Assembly: GCA_964428845.1 (NCBI GenBank) | Contig: CAYRZH010000001.1 | Span: forward strand, 74,990-138,989 | Source: an uncultured Candidatus Saccharibacteria bacterium | GTDB lineage: Bacteria; Patescibacteriota; Minisyncoccia; Phycocordibacterales; DATGWK01 | Reading direction: 5' to 3' | Length of the DNA stretch: 64,000 nt | In this document: one piece after another, positions 25,550-34,459 of the stretch | How positions within the stretch are numbered: the stretch's first letter is position 1 | How the letters are laid out: every line of letters starts with the position of its first letter | Position numbers and translations under genes: made by a program | Notes under the pieces: model-generated | The model's database searches: none | The model's input: only the letters and a program-made list of their open reading frames with translations | Told to the model about the DNA's origin: nothing

Positions 25550-26422
25550 TTGAAATCAAAGACCTTGCTCGGTCTTCTGGGAGTACTTGGGATTTGGCTA
25601 ACTGCAGGGTTCGCCCTGCCTTTCGTCAATATCTTGCGCCAGTTCACGGCAGAGCAACTTATGGTCTTTCGGGGATTTTTTACGGCCCTGATAGCATTCG
25701 CATTACTCCGAGGAATAGTGCGAAGGGTGGACAGATACACCTACATGATCGCTCTCCTGCTTCCATTCGCGACACTGTCACTCTTCCAAGGAATCCGCCA
25801 TTGGGGAGCGGGGCCAACGATCATCATTATCACCGCCACCCCGCTCATAAATGTGATCTTCAGTTTCTTTCTGGGAAAACGTGTTTCTGGGGCGGCCATC
25901 ATCGGGCTGGTCTTGGTGCTTGGTGGGGTTATCATCGCGAGGTATGGCGGGCACTTCGAGTGGAAAGGTTTTGTTTGGAGTGTCCTGGGAACCATACTGA
26001 ATGGCATTCTCTATGAACTCTTCGCTCGAGCCAAGGCATCATCCCTAGAGAAATGCTTCTACGCCTGTGTGAGTATGGGAATCGTAGGGCTAGTCCTAAG
26101 CGTCCAAACTCCTTGGGCAAATGCCTTAAAGCCAGAACTGCTACTGTCTCTTTTGGGATTCGCTTTCGTTGGAGGCTTCCTATATTGGATGGCCAACCTG
26201 CTCGCCTTCAAAAACCTACCGACAGTCGAAGTGAGTGTCTTGGGCCAGGGTGAAACCCCCACGGTGATCCTCGGAGCATACTTCTTGCTTGGGGAAAAAC
26301 TCACCCTCGTCCAATGGGCAGGAGTAGGAATGTCTCTCATTGGTGCATGCTACCTAGCAATGTGGTTGGTAAAAAAACCTCTGCCCAATAAAGAACTCTC
26401 AACTCCTCCAGAATTGCAATAG
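25550..26422 (+). CDS. EamA/DMT family transporter
   Basis: About 10 TMs in two repeats; LLGEKLT motif; TTG start; terminator at 26422-26456. Confidence 0.85.
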   Translation: MKSKTLLGLLGVLGIWLTAGFALPFVNILRQFTAEQLMVFRGFFTALIAFALLRGIVRRVDRYTYMIALLLPFATLSLFQGIRHWGAGPTIIIITATPLINVIFSFFLGKRVSGAAIIGLVLVLGGVIIARYGGHFEWKGFVWSVLGTILNGILYELFARAKASSLEKCFYACVSMGIVGLVLSVQTPWANALKPELLLSLLGFAFVGGFLYWMANLLAFKNLPTVEVSVLGQGETPTVILGAYFLLGEKLTLVQWAGVGMSLIGACYLAMWLVKKPLPNKELSTPPELQ

Positions 26423-26742
26423 AGCCACACCGACACATCATCGGCGTGGCTTTTTTATTACTAACCCATCGAAAAAGTTCAGTAGGTTATGAATGGATAC
26501 CTTCAACTTTACAAAAATTCTCCGATCCGGTAGTATGAAACTGTTATCATTTGTAATTTTGTGATTTCGTCTTTCGGTTTTTATGTTGATTCTGACTCGC
26601 CGATCGGCTACCGCAGTAGAAATTCCCTCTCCCCCACCAAACCCATGATACTTAAAACAATAAACTCAAAAGTTTCCTCTAAGAACATAGAGAATTTCAT
26701 GCGTTTCGCATAAAAGCCTGAAGGCGGGGTTACACACAACAT

Positions 26743-28272
26743 ATGTCCGTAAAAATAGCGTTGCTGTTTGCAGGCTTCGCTTCCCTTGTTGGTGTCGCCT
26801 TTGGTTACTTTCTTCGATGGATCGTTTCTCTCGGTAAAAAGGGCTCTGTAGAGCTCCAGATCAAGCAAATGATGCTTGAAGCCCGAGAAGACGCAAAAAA
26901 AATTGTAAAGGAAGCAGAAGAGAAACTAGAAGCAACACAGAGAGAATCGAGAGCCGAAATAAAGGAGAAGGAGGATGCCATAAAGAAAGCCGAAGATCGT
27001 ATAATCAAAAAAGAGGAGTTTTTAGACAAGCGACAGACAGATATAGATAAAGAGGTTGAGGCCATCAAACAAAAGATTGTTGAAGTAAGGCAGATAAAGG
27101 AAAAAACCGAAGAACTCAATACCAAAAAACTAAGTGAGCTCGAAAAGATCTCGAGTCTTTCTCGTGAAGATGCGAAGCAAGAACTTTTTAAAATTATTGA
27201 GAAGGATCACGAGGAAGATTTGACTGTACGCATGCAGAAACTGGAGATGCAGGCCGCAGAAAGACTAGATCGAAAAGCCAAGGATATACTTGCCATAACA
27301 ATCCAGCGTCTTGCGACCTCTGTTTCCTCCGAGATAATGACAACTGTTGTACCAATCCCATCCGAAGAGGTAAAAGGAAAAATTATTGGGAAAGAGGGAC
27401 GAAATATTAAAGCATTCGAGAGAGCAACTGGCGTTGAAATCATAGTTGATGATACACCGGGAGCAATTACTATCTCATCTTTTGACCCAGTGCGCAGACA
27501 GATCGCCCGCGTGGCTCTAGAAAATCTGATCCAGGACGGCAGAATCCAGCCAGCAAAGATCGAGGAGATGGTAGAAAAAGCAAAACAAGAGATAAATAAG
27601 ATCATTAAAGAAAAAGGAGAGCAGGCCGCCTATGAATGTGGAGTCTTCAACCTAGACCCACGAATTGTGTCTATCCTCGGGCGCTTACACTTCAGGACAA
27701 GCTATGGGCAAAATGTTCTCCAGCACTCGATCGAGATGGCCCACATCGCCGGGATGCTCGCAGAAGAGCTTGGTGGAAATGTAAATGTGGCCAAAGTGGG
27801 TGCACTTCTACACGACATCGGCAAAGCGGTAGACCACGAAGTTGCTGGTTCTCATGTAGAGATCGGCCGGCGAATCTTACAAAAGTTTGGGGCTAGTGAG
27901 GAGGTAGTAAAAGCAATGCAGGCGCATCATGGAGAATATCCATACGAGACGATCGAATCAATAATCGTTCAGATCGCCGATGCTATTTCAGGTGGAAGAC
28001 CTGGAGCAAGAAGGGATACGGTAGAAAACTACTTAAAACGACTTTCTGAGCTAGAAGCTGTGGCAAACTCTTTCCCTGGAGTCGAAAAATCTTATGCATT
28101 ACAGGCAGGGCGGGAGATCAGAGTATTCGTTTTTCCTCAACAGGTTTCGGATCTAGAGGCGAAAAATATGGCTAGGAATATAGCTTTGAAGGTTGAGAGG
28201 GAGTTAAAATACCCTGGAGAAATAAAGGTAAATGTCATCAGAGAAATGAGGGCTACGGAATTTGCTAGATAA
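26743..28272 (+). CDS. rny: Ribonuclease Y
   Basis: N-terminal TM, coiled coil, KH (IIGKEGRNIK), HD (LLHDIGK), ADAISGGRPGAR. Confidence 0.97.
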   Translation: MSVKIALLFAGFASLVGVAFGYFLRWIVSLGKKGSVELQIKQMMLEAREDAKKIVKEAEEKLEATQRESRAEIKEKEDAIKKAEDRIIKKEEFLDKRQTDIDKEVEAIKQKIVEVRQIKEKTEELNTKKLSELEKISSLSREDAKQELFKIIEKDHEEDLTVRMQKLEMQAAERLDRKAKDILAITIQRLATSVSSEIMTTVVPIPSEEVKGKIIGKEGRNIKAFERATGVEIIVDDTPGAITISSFDPVRRQIARVALENLIQDGRIQPAKIEEMVEKAKQEINKIIKEKGEQAAYECGVFNLDPRIVSILGRLHFRTSYGQNVLQHSIEMAHIAGMLAEELGGNVNVAKVGALLHDIGKAVDHEVAGSHVEIGRRILQKFGASEEVVKAMQAHHGEYPYETIESIIVQIADAISGGRPGARRDTVENYLKRLSELEAVANSFPGVEKSYALQAGREIRVFVFPQQVSDLEAKNMARNIALKVERELKYPGEIKVNVIREMRATEFAR

Positions 28273-28432
28273 TTTGATGGTTTGGGGCTACTTGCGTGAA
28301 AAGTGGCCTATTATATAATGGTTACCGAAAAGTAAACCCTCTAAAAACAACATTTTATTGGGTTACATTAACAGGGTCGAATAGGAAAAGTTTATAAGTA
28401 TTACAAATTATTAGCATTTATAAGACAACAAT

Positions 28433-28705
28433 ATGAATAAACAAGGAATTGTAGACGCTGTTCATGGAAAACTAGGAGGAACAAAGGTTCAGGCTGAAGA
28501 AATCGTTGATTTGATAATCGATTCAATCGTTTCAACCCTAAAAAATGGGGGTGAAGTATCGATCGCCGGTCTCGGAATCTTCTCCACAAAGACCAGAGCA
28601 GCTCGCCAAGCAAGAAACCCTCGAACAGGAGAATCTATAAGTGTTCCTGCAATGAGAGTTCCAAAGTTCCGCGCAGCTAAGGCCCTCAAGGACTCTGTTA
28701 AGTAA
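28433..28705 (+). CDS. hup: DNA-binding protein HU
   Basis: MNKQGIV...GLGIFS...ARNPRTGE...PKFRAAKALKD. Confidence 0.95.
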   Translation: MNKQGIVDAVHGKLGGTKVQAEEIVDLIIDSIVSTLKNGGEVSIAGLGIFSTKTRAARQARNPRTGESISVPAMRVPKFRAAKALKDSVK

Positions 28706-28734
28706 CCTTTCTTAAGGTTTTAGTGTTTATCTCT

Positions 28735-28764
28735 CAAAGCCCCCGCCAAAAGCGGGGGCTTTGA
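28735..28764. terminator. Bidirectional terminator after HU
   Basis: CAAAGCCCCCGC-CAAAA-GCGGGGGCTTTG. Confidence 0.75.
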
Positions 28765-28864
28765 TATAAGAAAAAACCCGCCAACATGTGCGGGAATAGT
28801 TTAGACTATTTGTCCTACTCACCAAAACATTCGGATTTTGCTGGGTGCAGCTTTCAGCCACACA

Positions 28865-29134
28865 CTACCCAAGGCTCTTGATAATACGAGATAGTCGTTC
28901 CTCTCTCCCAGAATTAGCCGAGAAAATGATGAGGGTGGACGATGAAGCCGCCGCAAAAGACCCGAACAATAAAAAAATCTCAAAGGCTGGTTCTTCCCAC
29001 CCCAAGAAAAACCTCCTCAATACACACACATCAACAATAAAGGCCACACCAAACCCAAATACTGCCAGAAATCTATCCATTCCGATCGAGAGAGAGTTCC
29101 AGAACAGTTCATCTTGTGCCGGCCCATTATTCAT
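28865..29134 (-). CDS. Small hypothetical membrane protein
   Basis: Two hydrophobic segments; upstream GGGGA SD-like site; terminator-like hairpin near 28771. Confidence 0.5.
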   Translation of the reverse strand: MNNGPAQDELFWNSLSIGMDRFLAVFGFGVAFIVDVCVLRRFFLGWEEPAFEIFLLFGSFAAASSSTLIIFSANSGREERLSRIIKSLG

Positions 29135-29230
29135 CTATGGGTCCCCTTTCTCATCCCAAGTTATCAAATTATTAGCTCCCTTTCAACCACGACAGAAAAA
29201 ATATTGAGGGTCTATTTTATCTATTCTTTA

Positions 29231-29301
29231 TGCGGGTAGCGAGAATCGAACTCGCGTCTACACATTGGAAGTGTGTCATTCTACCACTAAACCATACCCG
29301 C
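29231..29301 (-). tRNA. tRNA-Gly(UCC)
   Basis: GCGGGTA...ACACA-CTTCCAA-TGTGT...GTTCGATTC...TACCCGCA cloverleaf; CCA not encoded. Confidence 0.95.
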
Positions 29302-29304
29302 TCC

Positions 29305-29970
29305 TTATTCTAAAACCCTATCAATCCATGCAAGAATCCTCCTAGAAAGTAGCACACCAAACTCTTTTTTTCCATTACTCTTAACTTTTAGGTGTGCTGT
29401 CCCAAACGGGAGCTTCCCTTTTTTTGAGATTTTTTTCCCCTCCCTGCGATCAATATAGGGTTTCTGGAAATGATTTTTTGAAAGACCAGTGCTTCTTGAC
29501 CAAAAATTTATAACCCTATTAACGTTATTGTCAGGATACATATGAATCCTTATGGCCAAATTATCATCCGAAAGCCCGCAAATTTCTTTCAACCACCTGA
29601 TTCCAAGATTTACTATTTTAGGATCAGAATTTATTATCCTAACCTGATCGTATGATTTTGTTCCCTCCCCAATATATAACCCAATCCCAAGCATAAACAG
29701 ATCTCTTCTGTCGAAAGATTCAATATCCCTTTTCGCTTGGTTCCTGGCATTTATTATAGTTTCATTTTTTATCCTATTTTTGGACACAGAAGAAGCAATT
29801 CTCGCTTTAGTTATTTTCGCGATAGTCGTCTTGTTTGGTACATATTCAATACCAGAAAGCCAATAACTGATCGTACTTTTTGACACAGGAACTATTGATT
29901 GAATGTGGCTGTAGGAGTACCCTCTCTTTCTTAAAGATATCGCTTTTTGTCTAAGATTGTCGTGTGCCAT
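29305..29970 (-). CDS. HTH + LAGLIDADG-like domain protein abutting tRNA-Gly
   Basis: N-terminal HTH (LRKRGYSYSHI...VSKSTISYWL); LGIGLYIGEGTK LAGLIDADG-like helix; NSDP; stop 3 nt before the tRNA. Confidence 0.65.
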   Translation of the reverse strand: MAHDNLRQKAISLRKRGYSYSHIQSIVPVSKSTISYWLSGIEYVPNKTTIAKITKARIASSVSKNRIKNETIINARNQAKRDIESFDRRDLFMLGIGLYIGEGTKSYDQVRIINSDPKIVNLGIRWLKEICGLSDDNLAIRIHMYPDNNVNRVINFWSRSTGLSKNHFQKPYIDRREGKKISKKGKLPFGTAHLKVKSNGKKEFGVLLSRRILAWIDRVLE

Positions 29971-30033
29971 CAGGTGTATTATATAGTAATACGTACATAT
30001 TACGAGTGTACAACACTACTGCCTTCATCAATT

Positions 30034-30348
30034 TTACTTTGCCTTACTTGCCAAAGCTTTTGCAATCCTCACAGCCTCATCAAAATTATCTCTCTTAGAA
30101 ATTTTATTTCTCTTCTCATACCCACATATTTGGCAGGAATTGGTGAGCATATACTCCTTCCCTTCCTTTTCTATCAAAACAGGTTTCATCATCCCCTGGC
30201 ACTTCGCTCCCCTATCGCCAGGATTTACGTCCACGTGTTTACTCCAGAGACATTTGGGGCAATGATTGGTATAACCGTCACCCAGGACAAACTCTCCGCA
30301 ATTTTCACACGTGAAATCCTCTTTATTCTTCTGGAATTTTTTCGACAT
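30034..30348 (-). CDS. RNHCP-domain zinc-ribbon protein
   Basis: FTCENCG...YTNHCPKCLWSKHVDVNPGDR...C.GMM. Confidence 0.88.
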   Translation of the reverse strand: MSKKFQKNKEDFTCENCGEFVLGDGYTNHCPKCLWSKHVDVNPGDRGAKCQGMMKPVLIEKEGKEYMLTNSCQICGYEKRNKISKRDNFDEAVRIAKALASKAK

Positions 30349-31663
30349 TGATTTTCTGCGGCTCTTTTACGAACCGGAATGTAAAGAAACTTATCGCCAC
30401 TAAGAGAGCAAGGGAGAGCATGGCAAAACGGTATTTGATAACTTCGCCAAATGAAGCGAAGGCCAGGATCGTACCACTCCACAAAAGCGGCCCCAGGACA
30501 GAGGCGAACCGCTCAAAGAGGGTGTAGACCCCAAAGAATTTGCCCTGTTCGTTTTCTGGCACTAAATATGAGAAGAAGGCGCGTGACAGGGAAAACAGAG
30601 CACCAAAAGCAAAACCATTTAAAGCGAGCATGACCATGAAAAGAATCTGATTGGTGCTAAAGGCAAAGATCGCAATAAAGACTGCCCAAGAACCAATGAG
30701 TGTTGCTATGGCCAGTCTAGTGCTTTTGAGACGTCGTGCTAGAAGGGGGCTAAGTAGCGCACCCAGGACTGCCGCCGCGAGACCAATAATGGCCGCGAAT
30801 GTTTTTTGTTTGTCCCCCAAACCACCCACCTTTTCCATATAGAGAGAAACAAAAAGATTGAGCGTGAGAATAGCATCAGCGAAAAAATAGTAGGTAATGA
30901 GATACATCAAAACTCCTGGATATTTTCTTATCTCATAGAGATCTCTAAGCACGTCCTTGAAAGAACCCCCAAACGTACGGCCTTTCGGTTCTACAGGCTG
31001 TGCGGTGACTTCCCTTTTCTTGTCCTTCAGGAAGATTAGTACTGGCAGTGAGAATATAAGAAACAGTAACGAGGCGACGAGAAAAGTTGCTTCTCTGCCA
31101 GTGGCACCAAATATTGGGATCTTCCCTTGAGCAACGGGAAGTATGAGCAAGAGACCTACAACGTTCCCAAGCTGACCAGCGGCCAACCCGAGACCGGAAA
31201 TCTTCTCTTTTGTCCGGCTTGTAGATAGATCGTGAATGAACGAGTTATAGAAACTGAAACTCGCAAGATAAGAATATTGGAATAGAAAGTAAAGAATGGT
31301 TATAAGCAGTAGAGTCGAAGAAGTAAACGAAGTGTTTGTCACCGCCACGAGACCAAGAAAAAACAAAGAAACTATGCTAAGCAGAGTGAAGACTCGCAAA
31401 AAAGGCATGCGTTTCTGTATACGATCAGATATCCCACCAAAAAACGGTAGCGTTATAAACAAAAGAAGAGTTGAAACAACTATTGGTATAGTTATCCAGA
31501 TATCAGAAACTTTATTGTCTTGGACTAACCAGAGAGAAAAATAGAAAGCGACACTTATAGACGCCAGAGAGTTTGCAAAATCGAAAAGCACCCAAAGCCA
31601 TATACTTTTGCGCGATCCAGGAGTTCGGACGCTACTCATACTGGCTATTTTCTGATCTGTCAT
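30323..31663 (-). CDS. MFS transporter (UMF1/Atg22-like)
   Basis: WVLFDFANS, 12 TMs, SLSRAFFSYLVP...FFGVY. Confidence 0.88.
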   Translation of the reverse strand: MTDQKIASMSSVRTPGSRKSIWLWVLFDFANSLASISVAFYFSLWLVQDNKVSDIWITIPIVVSTLLLFITLPFFGGISDRIQKRMPFLRVFTLLSIVSLFFLGLVAVTNTSFTSSTLLLITILYFLFQYSYLASFSFYNSFIHDLSTSRTKEKISGLGLAAGQLGNVVGLLLILPVAQGKIPIFGATGREATFLVASLLFLIFSLPVLIFLKDKKREVTAQPVEPKGRTFGGSFKDVLRDLYEIRKYPGVLMYLITYYFFADAILTLNLFVSLYMEKVGGLGDKQKTFAAIIGLAAAVLGALLSPLLARRLKSTRLAIATLIGSWAVFIAIFAFSTNQILFMVMLALNGFAFGALFSLSRAFFSYLVPENEQGKFFGVYTLFERFASVLGPLLWSGTILAFASFGEVIKYRFAMLSLALLVAISFFTFRFVKEPQKINVEKIPEE

Positions 31664-31861
31664 AAAGACTAAGGTTGGTCGTACTCTCCGGATTCAGCGC
31701 GAACGCGTTTCGAGAGAAACCCGACAATCGGCGCGAAAACAAACGCAAACAAATAATAACTGAAGGGATTTATTTTCACAACACCCATTTTTTAGATTTG
31801 AAAAAATAAAAGGGGTACACACAGATCGCTCTGCGCGCACCCCGAAACGTTTCCTCGAAGA

Positions 31862-32701
31862 TTATTCCCACCGGATCGAGCTGCGAAGACTTTCGAGTGC
31901 CTCGACCATTTTTTCGTCAGTCTTCGCCCGGGCGATTCTTTCCCAACATTCTCGGTAATACACACTAACGGGGTCTTTCTTATCCCGGTGTGGATTCTCG
32001 TAGTTGGCCTTCATACTCATCACCGCCACCATGACAAGATCACGCCAGTCATCGAACTGATCGACTGTTAGTGCCCTTTCCCCACCAGCGATCAATTCGA
32101 GTAGTTTTCTCACCTCGAACTTACTGAAGGACAGCGGTTTGATCTTCGGCTCTTCCGATCTGGTTTTCGGATAGACGTGGATATCAAGCTCTAACTCCAA
32201 ATCTTCGGTGTTTGGCCAACCATTGATACCAAAAATCCTTGGATCGAAGTGAACACTCGTTCGGATCTGACCGTAACCTGGGCTCATCATATCCATCACA
32301 TTGTTTACTCGCATCTTGCTCGTCAGAGCATTAGCCCCCCACGAATCGAAGGTTGTACAACCGATAATACGGAACCTTGGAGGGTGTATGGTGATGATAC
32401 CGCCGCTGACATACACATCGAGCACCTCATTGACACAGCTCGCGTCCGACACCCCCTCCGGATAGATGTTAAAACCGATCGGCAAACTACACAGCAGTGT
32501 CTCAACTTGCCTACGAGTGACTCCCCCCTCCATGACCACAACGCGAAAGATGCTTCTCTTGTCGCGCCCACCCTCAACCAAAAATGACTTGTGGGTCTTC
32601 TTCGGCCTCGCCGCTGTCTTTCTCACAATTTGGCTCCTTTCTGATTTTCTAAGAACAATTGCCGCCATGTCCCTGACACGGTTATTGTTCGACAATGGCA
32701 A
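31862..32701 (-). CDS. Hypothetical protein
   Basis: 279-aa ORF with upstream TTGACA promoter-like site and downstream hairpin; family not recognised. Confidence 0.6.
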   Translation of the reverse strand: MPLSNNNRVRDMAAIVLRKSERSQIVRKTAARPKKTHKSFLVEGGRDKRSIFRVVVMEGGVTRRQVETLLCSLPIGFNIYPEGVSDASCVNEVLDVYVSGGIITIHPPRFRIIGCTTFDSWGANALTSKMRVNNVMDMMSPGYGQIRTSVHFDPRIFGINGWPNTEDLELELDIHVYPKTRSEEPKIKPLSFSKFEVRKLLELIAGGERALTVDQFDDWRDLVMVAVMSMKANYENPHRDKKDPVSVYYRECWERIARAKTDEKMVEALESLRSSIRWE

Positions 32702-32769
32702 TAACGCAGACTATCATGCCCAACTGTAAATGTCAATTATATAAAACGGCCCTAAGCTACCTTACCGTG

Positions 32770-32841
32770 TCGGGGCGCCGGGATTCGAACCCGGAGTCAC
32801 TTGATCCCAAGTCAAGCATGTTACCGTTACACTACACCCCG
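32770..32841 (-). tRNA. tRNA-Pro(UGG)
   Basis: CGGGGTG...CTTGA-CTTGGGA-TCAAG...GGTTCGAATCC...CGCCCCGA. Confidence 0.95.
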
Positions 32842-32947
32842 TATTAAAGCAATTTTTCCTCTAAACTAGACTTGAAAAATATGAATAACTTTCAAATCCT
32901 AGCATACGAGCCATAATATTCCAATGAATTCGTTGTAAAGGACAAAT

Positions 32948-33373
32948 TTAGATGATAATGTCCTTTATAAAGCTCACACGACCAATCCTTTGTCTCGAAT
33001 CAATAAGAACCGTTATAACGTGAAATCTCCAATCACAGGAGATTGGTAGATTCTTTTCTTCTAAGTAACATTGTATTGTCTTGGCTATCCTGGCCAATTT
33101 TCTAGGACTAACATTGTTTTCAGGTCTATAGCGGTCTCCCCACCCACCAAACCTGCCTGTTTCACAAGAAACATCGCCCGGTCCCTTCCCTATTTCACAT
33201 GAAACACTTTTGACCTCTATAAAATGCAAAGCGCCGTGCATGCTAGCGATGATATCAATCTCCCCGCATTTTCTTTGAAAGTTACGTCCAATCACCGCAA
33301 ATCCCCTTCTTTTAAGGTATTTATAAGCCAAAGATTCCCCTAGATCCCCCAATATCCTTCTAGTTGTTTTCAT
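32948..33373 (-). CDS. YraN family endonuclease-like protein
   Basis: GDLGESLA..YL...RNF...GEIDIIA...FIEVKS. Confidence 0.9.
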   Translation of the reverse strand: MKTTRRILGDLGESLAYKYLKRRGFAVIGRNFQRKCGEIDIIASMHGALHFIEVKSVSCEIGKGPGDVSCETGRFGGWGDRYRPENNVSPRKLARIAKTIQCYLEEKNLPISCDWRFHVITVLIDSRQRIGRVSFIKDIII

Positions 33374-33530
33374 TAGTTCCCCACGAGCTACTGATTTGAC
33401 TGTTTCAGATGAAACACCAGTTCACAGCCTGGGAATGAAACTCTAGCAAACATGAGTAAATATTTGATCAATTTGTTCTAAAGATATTCTGTCACTAGGC
33501 AGTTTCATGGGAAACGTTTCACGTGAAACG
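33158..33530. promoter_or_regulatory. parS cluster (five sites)
   Basis: Matches to TGTTTCACGTGAAACA at 33158-33173, 33191-33206, 33401-33416, 33501-33516 and the perfect palindrome CGTTTCACGTGAAACG at 33515-33530. Confidence 0.85.
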
Positions 33531-33648
33531 TTTATGATTAACAAAATTGTCCATTTCCTAAAATAACCAGAAGAATGCTCATATTATTTGCTTATCAGAC
33601 ATAAAGGACACAGAGGTTAATTTGTCCTTTATGCACATGTCCCCATGA

Positions 33649-33657
33649 TTATCCACA
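33649..33657 (+). promoter_or_regulatory. Perfect DnaA box
   Basis: TTATCCACA next to the parS cluster; another (TGTGGATAA) at 17675-17683. Confidence 0.5.
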
Positions 33658-33904
33658 GATCAAATGGGGGGTTCCGTCGTTAAGCGCCTGGAAACTGGCT
33701 TAGCAGGGGAGCACTATCGAAACCGGACAGAAATGCAAGCAAAAAGAATCAAATCCAAAAAAAAGGCGGGTAAACCATGGGACCGCGGACCTTTATAAAA
33801 TATATAGTTTTGGGGAACTTCGGCCAATCTCGGATGTCCGAGATTAATTAAAAAATGGCTTTAATGGCGATTATATCGGACAAAAAGATTTGGCTTTTAA
33901 CTAA

Positions 33905-34097
33905 TGCGTAGCGAAAATCGGTCACAGGTCCTCGCGTGCTCGCTCGGCCCGCGATCCTTACAGGATCAGTACACCTTTTGGATATTTTTTCACTACACTC
34001 AAAAATATCTCAAAAGGTCTTTCGGTCGGGCCCCAGCCCGACCTCAACCCGCCTCGGCCACCTACGTGGCCTCCGGCCTTCGATTTTCTGCTACACA
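33905..34097 (+). repeat. Intergenic fold-back element (family member 3), downstream of tRNA-Gly(GCC)
   Basis: Outer GTAGC-GAAAATCG/CGATTTTC-T-GCTAC; inner ACCTTTTG-GATATTTTT/AAAAATATC-T-CAAAAGGT; core CTCGGCCACCTACGTGGCCTCCG (34053-34075). Confidence 0.75.
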
Positions 34098-34132
34098 AGA
34101 AAAAACGCGCAGATGCGCGCTTTTCTTATGGG

Positions 34133-34203
34133 TGCGGGTAGCGAGAATCGAACTCGCGTCTTGTCCTTGGCAAGGACACATTCTACCACTAAACCATACC
34201 CGC
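34133..34203 (-). tRNA. tRNA-Gly(GCC)
   Basis: GCGGGTA...TGTCC-TTGCCAA-GGACA...GTTCGATTC...TACCCGCA. Confidence 0.95.
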
Positions 34204-34328
34204 GGTGCTCGAAATTATAACAGAAAGTATACCGTCTGAAAAACCCGGCTCTAAAAGATTACAAAAGGTTATTAAATCTGAATGTCTTAGCCATGGTTTC
34301 TGTCAGAAACAGAATGCAATTTATTTTG

Positions 34329-34400
34329 CGCGCCCGGCAGGATTCGAACCCACAAAAACGGTTCCGAAGACCGTTGTGATATCCATTTCACCACGGGCGC
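34329..34400 (-). tRNA. tRNA-Arg(UCG)
   Basis: GCGCCCG...ACGGT-CTTCGGA-ACCGT...GGTTCGAATCC...CGGGCGCG. Confidence 0.93.
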
Positions 34401-34459
34401 AATAGGACCATACTACTTCAAAATAGCTAAAAAACCAAAGCTATACTAAAATTGAAAAA

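Noticed and set aside
33540-33900. oriC at the parS-adjacent intergenic region
   Set aside because: Only one perfect DnaA box; the dnaA-dnaN spacer has the box-GGCC-trio arrangement.
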